Assembly: GCA_951406725.2 (NCBI GenBank)
Contig: OX597816.1
Coordinates: 87,544,001 to 87,608,000 of the forward strand
Direction of reading: 5' to 3'
DNA length: 64,000 nucleotides
Source: Octopus vulgaris
Lineage: Eukaryota
The notes beneath the pieces are model-generated. The model saw nothing but the letters and a program-made list of their open reading frames with translations, searched no databases and was not told where the DNA came from. Within the stretch, counting starts at the first letter, position 1, and every line of letters starts with the position of its first letter. A program made the translations under genes and the position numbers. Below are positions 23,184 to 37,679 of the stretch, piece after piece.

Positions 23184-24774
23184 TATATATATATTACTAA
23201 ATTTCCATTACTTGGTGTGTAATACTCTTTTCTATGAATTATTATTTACTTATGTATATATTGCTTTTTCATAAGTATGTATGCATGTGCATACAAGCCC
23301 CTACAACTGAGGGTAGACAAAATCAGAGTGTGGAACATATAGAAAAGACATGATGTGGTACTCACATTCTCTACTCCTCTCTGCTAATTCATATGCTTCT
23401 ATGTTCCACTTGGTTTAATATGTCTACTGATTTTACTAATATATATATATTTCTCCATTCAATCCTGCATAACTGACTGAAATATTAATTTGTGTATGTA
23501 AAAGTTAGTGTGCATAAAGTATACACAGACATCTTAAAAGCCAAGAGACACCTCTTGTTATACTGTTTTATCTGTGCAGACACTGCTAATTATTACAATA
23601 CCCAAACGGGTTAAACCATTAAAAGCTGCACAAGGCATGTCTACCAGATACCAGATGAAGTATTTATTTAAATGCATCAAACGGCGTTTTGTTTCTAGAA
23701 ATAAAAGTTTCAAAAAATGATGGTGTCTATTTACTTTATATGTGTATAAATTGGTGTATGTAACTATTTTGTGTAAACATGGATATATATATGTGTATGT
23801 GTGTATATAAGGGTGTGTGGGTGTGTGTGGGATGGTATTCATATGCGTATGCATGTAATTATGCCTCTAGTGAACATATATTACATAAATATTTAATTCA
23901 GAGTAGATGAAAAGATTAATTAGTTAATATTAGCATTTATGTCATAATTTGTGTGTCTGTGTGTATGTGTGTGTGTATGTATGACACAGATAGTACATGT
24001 GTGTGTGATGAATGAATGTGTATGGGTAGTTCATGTATGAATATGTATGAGGGCACATGTCATACATTGATGTGTGAAGTATGTTCATATATGAATGTGC
24101 AAGAAACTATATTCACACATACACACACACACACACATGCATACATATGTATACTGACAAATATTGGACACAACGAAGAATGGTTCGTTATTTTACAAAA
24201 GGTTGGCCGTGGTGTTTGAATTATATTTTGATTAGTATAAACAGAATATATATGCATGTATGATAGCTTATATATGAATGTATCTGAGTTCTGTCTCACT
24301 GTGCAGCATCTTGGACAGACGTTTTCTACTATAACCCCAGCCTAACTAGACTGATGGAAACAGAAAGAAGTCCATCGTATGTGAGTATGTGTGTGTACTT
24401 GTCTGTTTCTCCGTGTTTGTTTGTTTACATTTGCAGTCTATGATGGTCACAAGCAACGAGTGGTGTGGGTTGTTGTCATTTCTCTTGTTAACAAATTGTT
24501 TGCTTGCATCACAACTTCAAAGACATGTGCAGTAAGTGTTGTATTTCTTGAAGAATGAGTAAGGGTTAGTGACAGAAAGAGCATCTGTCTGTACTGTAAT
24601 GCCTCGATGATGTATTCATGTAGCTTGTGCTAACATGGAAAGAAACAGGTAAAAACATACAGGCACATATACATGCTTGCTTTCACACACATATACATGC
24701 ATATACACACGTACACATTCACATGCATACACACAATTACATACACTCACACAAAAAAAGAAAAACACTATTTC

Positions 24775-24990
24775 CAGGACTGTTGCCAGTACCGCCTGAC
24801 TGGCCCTCGTGCCGTTGGCATGTAAAAGCACCCACTACACTCTCGGAGTGGTTGGCGTTAGGAAGGGCATCCAGCTGTAGAAACTCTGCCAAATCAAGAT
24901 TGGAGCCTGGTGCAGTCATCTGGTTCACCAGTCTTCAGTCAAATCATCTAGCATGGAAAGCGGACGTTAAACGACGATGATGATGATGAC
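24775..24990 (+). mobile_element. Family-E RTE-tailed short element
   Basis: ggttggcgttaggaagggcatccagctgtagaaac...agcatggaaagcggacgttaaacg(atg)n. Confidence 0.85.
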
Positions 24991-27223
24991 ATAAGCATAC
25001 ACACATACATACACACGTATCTCTTCTAATGATCTTTGAATTAACTACCAACTAAGTATACTGATGCTGTGTAGAATGAAGCCTTCAGCAGAGAAACACA
25101 ACAAAAATTAAAACCTCTATGTTGCAACAGATTAGGACTTTGCAATAATAGTCTCAGCTTACCTATGTCTTCATCCAAATTGACAACTGTTTGTGTAAAT
25201 TAGCTCAATGCCATAAATGTTTTGCATATTCTGACAGTTGCACTGACAGATGACAAGTAGATTTTGAATCTGTCAGATGTTATGTATACAATCAACTACC
25301 TTCATTGTGCACTGATCAATCAATGAATTTGACCTGAGTGCTATTGTTTGACTTGCTAAACTTAGCAGTCAGTTCTCCTTGAAACCAACTCACTTCATTG
25401 TAGGCCTGTTCAATTAAAGTCAACCTGGGTTAACAATAGCGATGTACTGGATTAACAACGGGGTGAATGTACTAATGTGATAGTATATGTAACTTGAGTA
25501 CTTGGGTATAGAATTTGAAATTTTTCTGTAATCCATCATTACATACCTTTACGTGTTTCTTACAAGAATACTTTGCATCTGATGGACATCTATCTTCCAC
25601 AGTTACTTGTACATTTTTCTGTTTCCTTCTCTCTCTGTTCTTGATTCCACAAAACCATCTCTTCCTAATCTGTATTGCATACACCCCCTATATATAATGT
25701 GGGGTATCCATGTATCTCCTCTTATAGCAAGACATCTGTACTTGTCCCTCTGTCATACTTTAGCCTCTCAAACCCCTTTGGTATAAAGCCACCTACCCCT
25801 GTCCAATAATCCCCTTAGTAGTGGGAGCGCTTTCCTTTTATTCTTTTTTGTTTTTTGTTTTTTCTGTCTTGTAAGTTACTCAGCATCCTCACTTGTGCAT
25901 CCAACACACACTGTAATACTGTTGGCATTAGGAAGGGATCCAGCTGTAGAAACCATTCCAAAGCTGTCTCTGGAACTCTATCCATGGTGTCTTCTTATCT
26001 CTCATCCATTTACTGACGCAGAAAGCAAAGTTAATAAGCACTTACTCTTAGGAAAATTTTAATTAAGAACTTATTATAGATTAGATATTCTTTGTTATTG
26101 TCTCATATGACCTGTTGTTTCAAAGGGCAAAGTGAACCCAACTACATAAGACAGTGAACACTTCAGGTGAGATGTGGTGCCAGGAAAGATAGTTGAACCT
26201 AAGAAAATATGCTTGAGGACCTTCTGGTGTTTAAAAGGTTTTCTGACAATGTGTCATGCCTTAGCAGAGAATGATAATATTTGCATTACAAAGGCATGTT
26301 TTTAGCCAGCTGCTAGTGACCTCCATCAACAGCTTATGTAATAATTCTACCCAAATCAGCAGTAGGTCACAGCCAGGAGCCTTGTCTTGTGTCTCTATTT
26401 TAGTTCTGTCCTATTATTTTCTCTTCTTTTATGCATGAGTTATTTAATGACTAATTCCTTCTCTTAAATTACGCAGAAGCCCAATGAACTTTCAGTTGAA
26501 TGTAATGTACTGTCATTATCAAATCATTGTGAGTCTGAAGGAAACTCGTTAAAGTTAGTTAATGAGTTAACTCTGATTCTGACGTAAACTCATTAACACT
26601 ATATATTGCACAACTGTCCAGTCAAATCCTAATCATCATCAAGCCGGTCAGTCAGTCTGGCAGTCATAACCACAGCTGTTGTTGTTGTTGCTGATATTGC
26701 TGCTGCTGTTGTTGTTGTTCATTCCATTGTGCTTTTACATTCAGAAATTGTACTGAAGTTCACTTTGTTGTTGTTGTTGACCTTGGTGTTGCTGCTGTTA
26801 ATTTCTGTTGTTATTGTTGTTTTGTCTTGGGTCAACTTTTTTTGACTTAACACATTTATTGATCAAATACATTCCAGATTTGACCATAGTGTTTTGCATT
26901 TTTTTTTTTAATGTTGTTGAGACAGTTTATGTAGGATCAAATTGCATTTTTCATTATCTTGTCTTTTTACCTTTGAAAACATGAATGTGGTTTGAGGGAA
27001 ACTTGGTTGCTATATCTAGCATGTTGAGTAACCACACAGGATCTTTTTTCATTTTATTTCAGTTTACTGCAAAAATCATTTCTGATCAACCAGACCTTTG
27101 ATCAAAAGTATTCTATATTCCACCCATGGAATATCTAGGCCTGCATCTTATGTATCCCTTTAGTTATTGTTTAGATTTAGGTCAAGCCTGACTAAGACAA
27201 TGTCTGATGGGAACTGTTCTAAC

Positions 27224-27374
27224 CAGGGCCATGGGGTCAGAGTCAGAAGCAATCAAGGGGTAGCTGGAGTCGGAATTCGTAAAATAGACCACTATCATTT
27301 AATTACATAGAGGATTTGGAGCTGGTGCCAATAGTAAAGGAGTTAAAGTTTTTTGCTTCGATTCCTCAGCCCTG
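27224..27374. mobile_element. hAT-type MITE with 8-bp TSD
   Basis: TIR caggg.../...ccctg; perfect TSD gttctaac at 27216-27223 and 27375-27382. Confidence 0.85.
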
Positions 27375-27896
27375 GTTCTAACCACAACTATCTTATACTT
27401 GAAGTTTACTTAACACACTGTGTCCTTCTGTTTTAACACAGTGTTGTATGATGTTATGAAATTTGACTGCTATTTCTAGTAGTCCATGAGACATGTATTT
27501 ATTGTTGTGGTGGATCAGGTACAGTTCTATATTATCAATATTATGGCATTATTTTACATAAATATTGTCATTGCTGTCATTATAGAATAATTCCTTCAGT
27601 TATATAAATACTGACATACACTAAAATATGTTTTCGGCTTTGGTGTTTGCTGTAACGTACACAAACACACACACACATATATGTATGTGGGGTATGTGTG
27701 TGTGTGTGTGAAACAGTTACAGAAGTCTGCAGGCTTCTGCCTGGCCAGCTCTTGTCAAACCATCTGACCCATGTCAGTATGGAAGGCAGACGTGAAATGA
27801 TGATGATGTGTCACATGGTTTTGGGTTCAGTCTTCAACTATACCCTCAGGCCAACCAAAGCCCTTGTGGGTGGATTTGGTTGATGGAAACTGAAAG

Positions 27897-27927
<31 letters not shown>

Positions 27928-28036
27928 ACATAATATATTAGCATATGCATATATACATACATATATGTACATACCTACATCTATATGTATATGTACATGC
28001 ATATATGGGTACAGGACACTGAAAAAACGTTGAACA

Positions 28037-28081
<45 letters not shown>

Positions 28082-28554
28082 GTGTGTTTCTATATTTGTG
28101 ATATCTATCTGTGTATGTGTGTGTGTATGATATATAATGCATACACATGCGTGTTGGTGTCTCCTTGTCTTGACATCACATGATGTTTACAAATCTGTCA
28201 CTTTCATACAAGCATTGCCCCTCATTTCCTGTCTTCCTTGGAAACATGTCTGGTTATGAGGAAATATTAAACTTACTTGGAAGCAGGTGAGGGTCGGCAA
28301 CAGGAAAGGCCTCCAGCAGTAGTAAGCCTGCCTTGACAAATTCTCTCTGACTCATGAAAGCAAGCAGAAGTGAATGTCGAAATAATGATGATGATGGCAA
28401 TGACGGTGATGATCGTGATGATATAATGCATTCAGTTCTGTAAGCAAAATTCCTCCTCTTAAATTACATATATTACATGTAGTGGAGTGTATAGAAGAGT
28501 TATTTGAAGTTGAGACTTCGCTGTTCAGCTTTCCTGTTTTTCAGAAACTTAGAG

Positions 28555-29138
28555 TAGGTGCAGGCTTGATTGTGTGGTATGAAGTTTGCTTCCCAATCAC
28601 ATGGTTCTGGGTTCAGTCCCTCTGTGTGACACCTTGGGCAAGTGTCTTCTACTATAGCTTCAGGCTGACCAAAACCATATGAGTGGATTTGGTGGAAAGA
28701 AACTTAAAGAAGCTCATTGGTTGTATGTATTTATGTATGTATGTATGTATGTGTATATATATATATATATATACATACACCCACACACATGTATACACAT
28801 ATACACATACACACATATATATACATAGATACACTCACACACACACACATATATATATATATACGTATATATATATATACATACATACATACGCACATAT
28901 ATATATATATATATACCCATGTGTGTCTTTGTTTGTCCCGTGCTGCCATTTGATAACCAGTGTTTTGGTGTGTTTATGTCTCTGTAGCTTAGTGGTTTGA
29001 CAAAAGAGATTGATAGGATAAGTACCAAGCTTTACAAAAAGCACTAAGTACTGGTGGCAATTCGTTTGACTAAAATTCTTCAAGGTGGTGCCCCAGCGTG
29101 GCCACAGTCTAATGACTGAAACAAGCTAAATAATAAAA
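28555..29138 (+). mobile_element. Family-A SINE with expanded internal microsatellite
   Basis: Head and tail motifs present with a ~200-bp TA/CA tract between them. Confidence 0.8.
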
Positions 29139-29660
29139 GTGCCTGACTGGCCCTCATGCCAGTTGCACGTAAAAGCTCCCACTACACTCTCGGAGTAGTT
29201 GGCATTAGGAAGGGCATCCAGCTGTAGAAACACTGCCAGATCAAGATTGGAGCCTGGTGCAGCCATCTGGTTCGCCAGTCCTCAGTCAAATCGTCCAACC
29301 CATGCTAGCATGGAAAGCAGATGTTAAACGATGATGATGATAAACAGTCGTGGGGACCAGCCAGTGCCACCTGACTGGTCCTGTGCCGGCGGCACATAAA
29401 AAGCACCATTCGAGCATGGTCATTGCCAGTGCCTCTGACTGGCGCCCCATGCCGGTGGCACATACAAAGCATCCACTTCACTCTTGGAGTGGCTGGCATT
29501 AAAAAGGGCATCCAGCTGTAGAAACTTTTTCAGATCAGATTAGAGCCTGGTGCAGCCTAGTGGCTTGCCAGTCCTCAGTCAAACTGTCCAACCCATAACA
29601 GCATGGAAAGCGGACGTTAAACGATGACGACGATGATGATGAATGATGATGATGATGAAG
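29139..29660 (+). mobile_element. Two tandem family-E elements
   Basis: Two ...cgttaaacgatgatgat tails at ~29322-29341 and ~29615-29657. Confidence 0.85.
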
Positions 29661-30389
29661 CTCAGTTTTGAAATTTGAAGTGCACCTACATTGTATATAT
29701 CTGAACTTATGCATGTGTATCTCTGTCATTCTGTATATGCCTGCGATTTTGGTCAAATTTAGCTTTGTCTTAGTGTGTATACATGCTATGCAAAAGCTAT
29801 TAGCTATCGGTCTCTCCATGGACAGATGTTGGGTTTACTTTGTCTCATGAGAGTCTAAAAAGACTAGAAACTGATCAGAGAGATCCCTTTTTCACACACA
29901 CACACACCCCTTCAGTTCTGCAAAAAAATGAAACTTGTGTAATCAACCACTCTGTATGTTTTTCTCGGCAAGTCTAAAATTGTATGTTTATTATCAATGA
30001 TAAAAAAAAAAAAGGTATATTTTAATTTACATTTCAAATTATCTGCAAAATACTGTGTAGTGAATTATTAATTAATGCATATGAATACACATACATATCT
30101 GTATATATATGTGTGTGTACATGTATGGTACTGTGTTTTTATCTGCATGTGTGCACATTTGTACACATGTATATATATGTTTCTGTGTGTTTATTGGTGT
30201 CACAGATATTCATGCACTCAACACACACACACGAGCCACTGTGTCTTAATTATATCCTACATTTACCAAGCACACAGTCCCACACATTCCCAGAGACTGC
30301 CGCCACACCATACTCCTCTCTTCCAATTCTGGCAGTGTTCCATGGAAAGGAATAATATAATCTCTCTCTCTCTGTCTTTGTCCCCCCAC

Positions 30390-30441
<52 letters not shown>

Positions 30442-31059
30442 AAAATATACAACAGAGACTTACTGTTGTTACTAACTAGCATGATGACACTTATTTTTTT
30501 AAACTCAATTTGCCTGGAGCTTCAGGCCTAATTAAGAAGTTACTAATTATGAAAATCTAAATTATAAAGGGGAGAAAAAATAAACAAAACAAAACCAAAA
30601 ATGGACTACTGAAACAAAATAACTACAAAAATATGTTAAGTAAACAGTTTAGTATTCATTTTGAGTAATAATAATAGCAACAACAACAATAATAATAATA
30701 ATAACAATCATGAAAGGTTGGTAAGTGTCAGAGGTTGGTATTACTAACTAGCTAAGTTCTCCTGAGAGGCCAAAACCAGGCAGGCACTGAGGTATCGTGT
30801 GTTCAATTCTTAGTCAAATCAAATTGACTCAACTGATTTGTTTTTATTTTTGTTTTTCTTTGTGGTGATAGTGATGGTGGAGGTGTGTGTATGTGTGTGT
30901 GCGCGCATCTTGACATGATTTTAGATTAGTGCAGAAGAACATATGAATTCTGTGACACAATAAAAAGTTCTTTGGCATTGGTTATTCATGTGTATGTGGC
31001 TAATTAAAATGTAGATGTGTATTTGTGTGCCATTGTCTTGATTTAACACACACACACAC

Positions 31060-31225
31060 ACACATGACAAGCCTCTTCCACTTCCCATTTACCAAATCCA
31101 CTCACAAGGCTTTTGGTTGACCTGGGGCTATAGTACAAGACAGTTGCTCAAGGTACCTTGCTGTAGGACTTGGCCTGAAACCATGTGGTTGGGAAGCAAA
31201 ATTCTCAACCACACAGCCATTGCTC
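31060..31225 (-). mobile_element. Family-A SINE 5' half
   Basis: accaaatccactcacaaggc...accacacagcca. Confidence 0.75.
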
Positions 31226-31384
31226 TACCTCTGTTGGCATGTATGCACACATACATACACATGTTAGAAATACACACATGCTCATCACACATACACACAC
31301 ACAAATACCGAAACAACAAAGATTCTTTTTTGATTATTGCATGTTTCAGATCTATTTGTATGCAAATGTGTGTGTGTATATCTT

Positions 31385-31685
31385 CATCATCATCATCATC
31401 ATCATCGTTTAACGTCCGTTTTCCGCGCTAGCACGGGTTGGACGGTTTCGACCGGGGTCTGAGGAGCCAGGGGCTGCCCCAGGCTCCAGTCTGGTCTGGC
31501 AGTGTTTCTACAGCTGGATGCCCTTCCTAACGCCAACCACTCTGCGAGTGTAGTGGGTGCTTTTTACGTGCCACCTGCACAGGTGCCAGAGGGGTCTGGC
31601 ATCGGCCACGGTCGGTTGGTGCTTTTTATGTGCCACCTGCACAGAAGCCAGTCGGGGCGGTGCTGGCTTCGGCCACGTTCGGATG
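31385..31685 (-). mobile_element. Young, CpG-rich family-E element
   Basis: (cat)n cgtttaacgtccgttttccgcgctagcacgggttggacgg... Confidence 0.85.
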
Positions 31686-31696
31686 CATATACATAC

Positions 31697-31739
<43 letters not shown>

Positions 31740-32160
31740 TACATACATACTACTACAAGTTCAGGTTTATACCTGTAATCACTGGGGCCCTAGGATATGT
31801 AACACTGCCTAAATACCAATCTTGAGAAATTAGGCTTCTCAAAACCAGAAAGGAGAAAGCTAATTCAAAGACTAAAGGTCCAATCCATCACTGGAACTGT
31901 AAGACTCTGTAAAACTTTCCAGAAGTTTATCATTTAAATATATATGAGCATGTCTAGATATGCAACTATATGCATAAGAATACACGCATAAAACATACAG
32001 ATCTGCACATACATACATATATACATACAAACAAAAATACCCTGTTGTTGATGTTGAAATTCCAATGAAGGAGCCTTGAACTTAAGTTAAAAGTCGGTTC
32101 TTTCTCTATTAGTGAGAAAGAAATAAACTGAATAATGACATACATACACACAGGCATGCA

Positions 32161-32676
32161 TAGTAATACCTCCTTTAACATGGACCTGCATTACAAGACC
32201 CCGGGTTTACGAATTTTATTTTTCAAGCACAAGGTCCAAATTTTGAACGAAGTGCAAAAGTTTCTACTACTATGACAAATGCTTCTGTGTGTTACTGAGA
32301 GCGAAAAAAAGCTTCCAATAAGCAAGCAACTCTATGCTTGTTTTTAAAAATAAATCTACAAGTCTCTCTACGAGTGATTGTGAATTAGTGATCACATCTA
32401 CAAGTGATGCAGAAAAAGAATATAATTATATATTTTTTTAATTATATATGATCTTGAAATTCCTTTTGCTTTACGTAAAATATTCTTTACATTCTACTGT
32501 TGTTTTATTCCCATTTCTTTACAAGTATTTAAAATTTTACAGGTAAAATATTTTTCTGGAAACAATTATGATTTACATAACATTGCTACTATGGGAAATT
32601 ATTGCTCTGCTTTACAAGTTTATGCTTTACGAGCAGTCTCCAGGAACAAATTAATTCATATCTCGAGGCATTACTG
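32161..32676. mobile_element. pogo/Tigger-like non-autonomous DNA element
   Basis: TIRs agtaatacctc / gaggcattact(g)-TA; subterminal ctttac(g)ag repeats. Confidence 0.65.
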
Positions 32677-33361
32677 TACGCACACACACACATACGTGCG
32701 CACACATACACAATCTCAAAAGTAAATAGACACCATTTTTCTTTTCCTAGTTTTCTTTTTTCTGAATGATATATTTCTAGAAACAAAATAATGTAATGTC
32801 ATTTGATGATGCATTTTAAAAAGTTAATCTAGCATTTTATTTGACATGCCTTGTGCAGTTTTTAAATATTTAACGTTTTTGGGCATTGTACTAATGAGAA
32901 GTGTCTGCACAGAAAGAATGATATAATGAGGGGTGTCTATTTATATTTGTGACATCTGTGTGTGTGTGTGTACACATGCTTGCACATAGGCATACACACT
33001 CGTACACAGATATGCTTAATTGGAAATTGCCGAAATGCTGATATTTGTGCAAACTTATATATATGGAGTATGGGTTGTACATGTGTGTATGTATATACAT
33101 ACAAGCATATGCATTCATATACAACGCACACATACACACACATGCTAATTTAGCATCAAATCTCTCTCTCTATATATATGCATGTATATAAATATTTAAG
33201 TATGTATATGTGTATGTATATAGATGTATATATGTGTATGTATATGTATGCATATATGTATGTATATGTATTAAGTCATAAGGGGCCAAACACAAGGGGG
33301 ATATACACACACACACACACACACACACATACACACATATATATATCAACACATACATACA

Positions 33362-33392
<31 letters not shown>

Positions 33393-33395
33393 CCT

Positions 33396-33444
<49 letters not shown>

Positions 33445-33755
33445 GTATAATGTGTATATATAAAATGTATGCATACATGCAGAATGTGGGAAGATGGTAT
33501 GAAATTTTGCAGGATGAGTCAAGGAGATGAAAAATTGTTCAATGGAAGAACAAAGAATAGGAATGAAGAGAGGAAAGCAAGAGAAAAGAAGGCAAATTCT
33601 TTTAGCATTTCCAGCAGCTTGCTCACTTTTTTTTTTTTTCCTTTTTGTAATCATTCAAATATTCTGCATTGTTTAATTTTCTGAAAATAGAAATGGTGGG
33701 ATGGTGGGATGGTGGTGAAATGATAAAAATAAAAGCCAGGTCATTTGTTTATAAG

Positions 33756-33813
<58 letters not shown>

Positions 33814-33904
33814 GGCATAGTAATTTCCGTTCTTAAGTATGTGTATGTATATAATATATATATGTATATCAGATTGAGTGGCAATGTCAGGATATTTTTG
33901 TTTG

Positions 33905-34302
33905 GGAGTGGTTGTGTGGTAAGTAGCTTGCTTACGAACCACATGGTTCCAGGCTCAGTCCCACTGCATGGCACCTTGGGCAAGTATCTTCTACTATATA
34001 GCCTCAGGCTGACCAAAGCCTCGTGAGTGGATTTGGTAGACGGAAACTGAAAAAAGCCCGTCATATATATATGTATATATTTATATATGTGTGTGTATGT
34101 TTGTGTGTCTGTGTTTGTCCTCCCAACATCGCTTGACAACTGATGCTGGTGTATTTATGTACTCGTAACTTAGCGGTTTGGCAAAAGAGACCGACAGAAT
34201 AAGTACTAGGCTTACAAAGAATAAGTCCTGGGGTCGATTTGCTCGACTAAAGGTAATGCTCCAACATGGCCACAGTTAAATGACTGAAACAAGTAAAAGA
34301 GT
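33905..34302 (+). mobile_element. Full-length family-A SINE
   Basis: Colinear with 47563-47963. Confidence 0.9.
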
Positions 34303-34315
34303 ATATAAATGAATG

Positions 34316-34355
<40 letters not shown>

Positions 34356-34437
34356 AAAATATATAGATATATAGATGTGGAAATAGATATGTGTGTATAA
34401 GGATATATACATGAATATCTGTCTCTACATGCGCATT

Positions 34438-34482
<45 letters not shown>

Positions 34483-34566
34483 GTATATGAAGATATATAC
34501 ATACATGAATATATATTTCCACATGCACACATACTTGTGTATATATGTATATATATGTATATATTT

Positions 34567-34797
34567 AAGGCGGCGAGCTGGTAGAAACGTTAGCACGCCG
34601 GGCGAAATTCGTAGCCGTATTTCGTCTGTCGTTACATTCCGAGTTCAAATTCCGCCGAGGTCGACTTTGCCTTTCATCCTTTCGGGGTCGATAAATTAAG
34701 TACCAGTTACGCACTGGGGTCGATGTAGTCGACTTAATCCCTTTGTCTGTCCTTGTTTGTCCCCTCTGTGTTTAGCCCCTTGTGGGTAGTAAAGAAA
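34567..34797 (+). mobile_element. Young full-length family-B SINE
   Basis: aaggcggcgagctggtagaaacgttagc...gagttcaaattcc (B box)...gtaaagaaat; CpGs retained. Confidence 0.9.
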
Positions 34798-35284
34798 TAT
34801 ATATATGTATATATATACATGCGCACACATTATTTTCAGTGGTGAGGTTTCCTCTTCTCTTTATTTGTTCATTTTTAATGAGCCTGCAGTCAGATTAAAT
34901 CATACATAAAAAAATAAGTAGGGACACGGGGTTTGGGTGGGTGGGCGGGGTGTTGTTGGGGGGGGGTGTGGTTGAAAGTGGAGAAGGCGATATATTGACA
35001 CAACGGTTTAAGGAATATCCATGTTGACATCTGAAGAATTTTGGGACACAGATACATGGAAAGAAGAAAAGACCACATGTATATGTATATATTCCTCTGT
35101 GTATGTGGGGGGGGGGGGGGGGGTGCGGTTTATAAGCTTGATTTGCAACTACTTGGTCTCTGGTTCAGTCTCACAGTGTTGCACCTTTGGCGAGTGTCTT
35201 GTACAAAGCCCTGAGCTGACCAATGCCTTGTGAGTGAATTTGGTAAATGGAAACTGTGTGGGAACTCATTATGTACACCTTTTA

Positions 35285-35682
35285 TCGATTACTTGTTTCA
35301 GTCATTTGACTGCGGCCATGCTGGGGCACCAACTGGAAGGGCTTTTAGTCAGACAAATTGACCCCAGGACTTTTTCTTTTTTTAAAGCCTAGTACTTATT
35401 GTATTGGTGTCTTTGGTTGAACTACTATGTTACAGGGACATAAGCATACTAACACTAGTTGTGAAGCAGTGATATGGAACAAACACAGACATAAAGACAT
35501 GCACACAAAGACACATTATACATTTATACACACTATATACACACACACACATATATATTTGATTGGCTTTTTTTAAGTTTCTGTCTACCAGATCCACTCA
35601 AGGTTGTGATCGGCCCAAGGCTACAGTAGAAGACTGGTGTCACTCAGTGGAATTGAACCGGGAACCATGTGGTTAGGAAGCA
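35285..35682 (-). mobile_element. Family-A SINE
   Basis: acttgtttcagtcatttgactgcggccatgctgg...gaaccatgtggttaggaagc. Confidence 0.8.
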
Positions 35683-35889
35683 AAGGTTACAAGTGTGAAA
35701 GGGAGATTCAGCGTGAATATGACATGGATGGCCCTTTGAAAGGTACTACTCATTTTTGCCAGCTGAGTGGACTGAAGCAACATGAAATAAAGTGTCTTGC
35801 TCAAGGACAGAACACGTTACCAAGAATTGAACTCTTGACATTATAGTCGTCAGCTAATTACCCCTAACCACTAAGCCATATGGCTTCAC
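35683..35889 (-). mobile_element. Family-C SINE 5' part
   Basis: Reverse complement of 15559-15760. Confidence 0.75.
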
Positions 35890-35912
35890 TCATCATATGT
35901 GTATGTGTGAGT

Positions 35913-35947
<35 letters not shown>

Positions 35948-37588
35948 GAAAGCAGGTATAGCTATGTACCTACATATCTAGAACATTATTTTTGCAGGTT
36001 ACAAGTGTGAAAGATGTAGCTTAGTGCAAAGGGAAGATAGTAAAATTTTCTTTAAAAAAAGAAATAAGAATGTGAAACCTCCAAATGGACATTCTAAGTA
36101 CAAAGACTTAAATCTCTATGATTCATTTACTGAATAAGGAAATAAGTACTTATAAAATATTCTATTTATATACTAAAATATATAAATAACATTTTTTTGT
36201 TTAAGTTGTTAATGAAAAATGTTTACAAAACACAAATTTAGGTAGTTGGAGGTGGACAGCAATACACATATACACACACATGCAAACACGCACGTGCACA
36301 CGCACACATAGAAACTTAGCAGTTCAGCAAAAGAGATATATAGAATAAATACCGGACTTTAAAATGATACTTAAAATAAGCACTGTGGTTGGCTTATTTG
36401 ATCAAACAAACCCTTCAAGGTTGTCCTCCAGAATGGCTGTAGTCCAATGACTGAAACGAGTGAAAGATAAAATATTACCACGAAGTGAGTGCTCGAATGA
36501 AAGTAAGTAGCACTCAAAACACTTGATTGGTGTTACATGTATATTCAGAATACCCTGTTAGATGTAATGCTTATTTATACACATCGTTTCAGATAAACAT
36601 TTAGCACACTGTAGGTGCATCGTGTCACCATGTGAGTTTCCTCCCTTGTTAGTGGTAGAATTTTGACAACAAAGGCAAACAATGCTATGTTGAATAACAC
36701 ATGAAAAGACAAATTCTTGATTTACTGAAGCTGTCATTGCTTTGAGAGAAGGTACTCAAACACCTTGTGGCAACTGCAATCAAGAGGGAGTTAATCTCAA
36801 AAACTGAAAATTCTCTGAAATTGTTAACATGCCATTAAGGAAAACACAGTATATATATAGATTAGTTCATTTGGTATATATATAATCCCGGAATTTCTGA
36901 TGTTCTGATGAAACAATTCCCATATGAACCAGAAATGATAATTTGCACAACATATATGACTAATCAATAACGGCTGACATGTTAATGAACATGACACAAG
37001 ATTAGTCAAAATGTGAATTGTTAAAATTATTGTAAACAATGTAATAAAACTAATATCATTCATGCCATTCTTTAATGTTATATATATATATCTATCTTTA
37101 GATACATATATATAACTATAGTTACAAATACATAGATATCTAGATTGTTTACTAGAAAAACTAAGATATATAACTAGATGAATGGATATATATAACTAAG
37201 ATATATGTAGTGAGAGAGAGAGATAGGTAGAGGAAGACAGTAGGCAGATAGATATTGAGTGGTTCATCTTTATTTTGGTATCGTATCAAATTGTGTATAG
37301 TATGTGCATTTTCAATCTACTGCCATTTTATTTTACATTTCTTTCTTTCCTCTTTGATGCCCATTTTTTTCTTCACACATTCCTATCATTAAATGAGTTT
37401 GGAGTATTTGCATGTGTTTGTATATGTGTACATTTTGTGTGTATACACATGCACATATATATATATATTGTGTTTGTGTGTGTATGTGTACATGTACACA
37501 CATGAACACAAATTATATTCATGCAGATGTATGCACATTTATGCACACATAGATACTTATGTATCTTTATCTGTAATGAACAAATTTA

Positions 37589-37626
<38 letters not shown>

Positions 37627-37679
37627 CATACATACATATATACATACATACATATATGTATGTATATGTACATATTTGT

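Noticed and set aside
35985-36003. ttatttttgcAG|GTTACA as a recursive site
   Set aside because: Poor donor; aggttacaagtgtgaaag duplicates the SINE junction sequence at 35683
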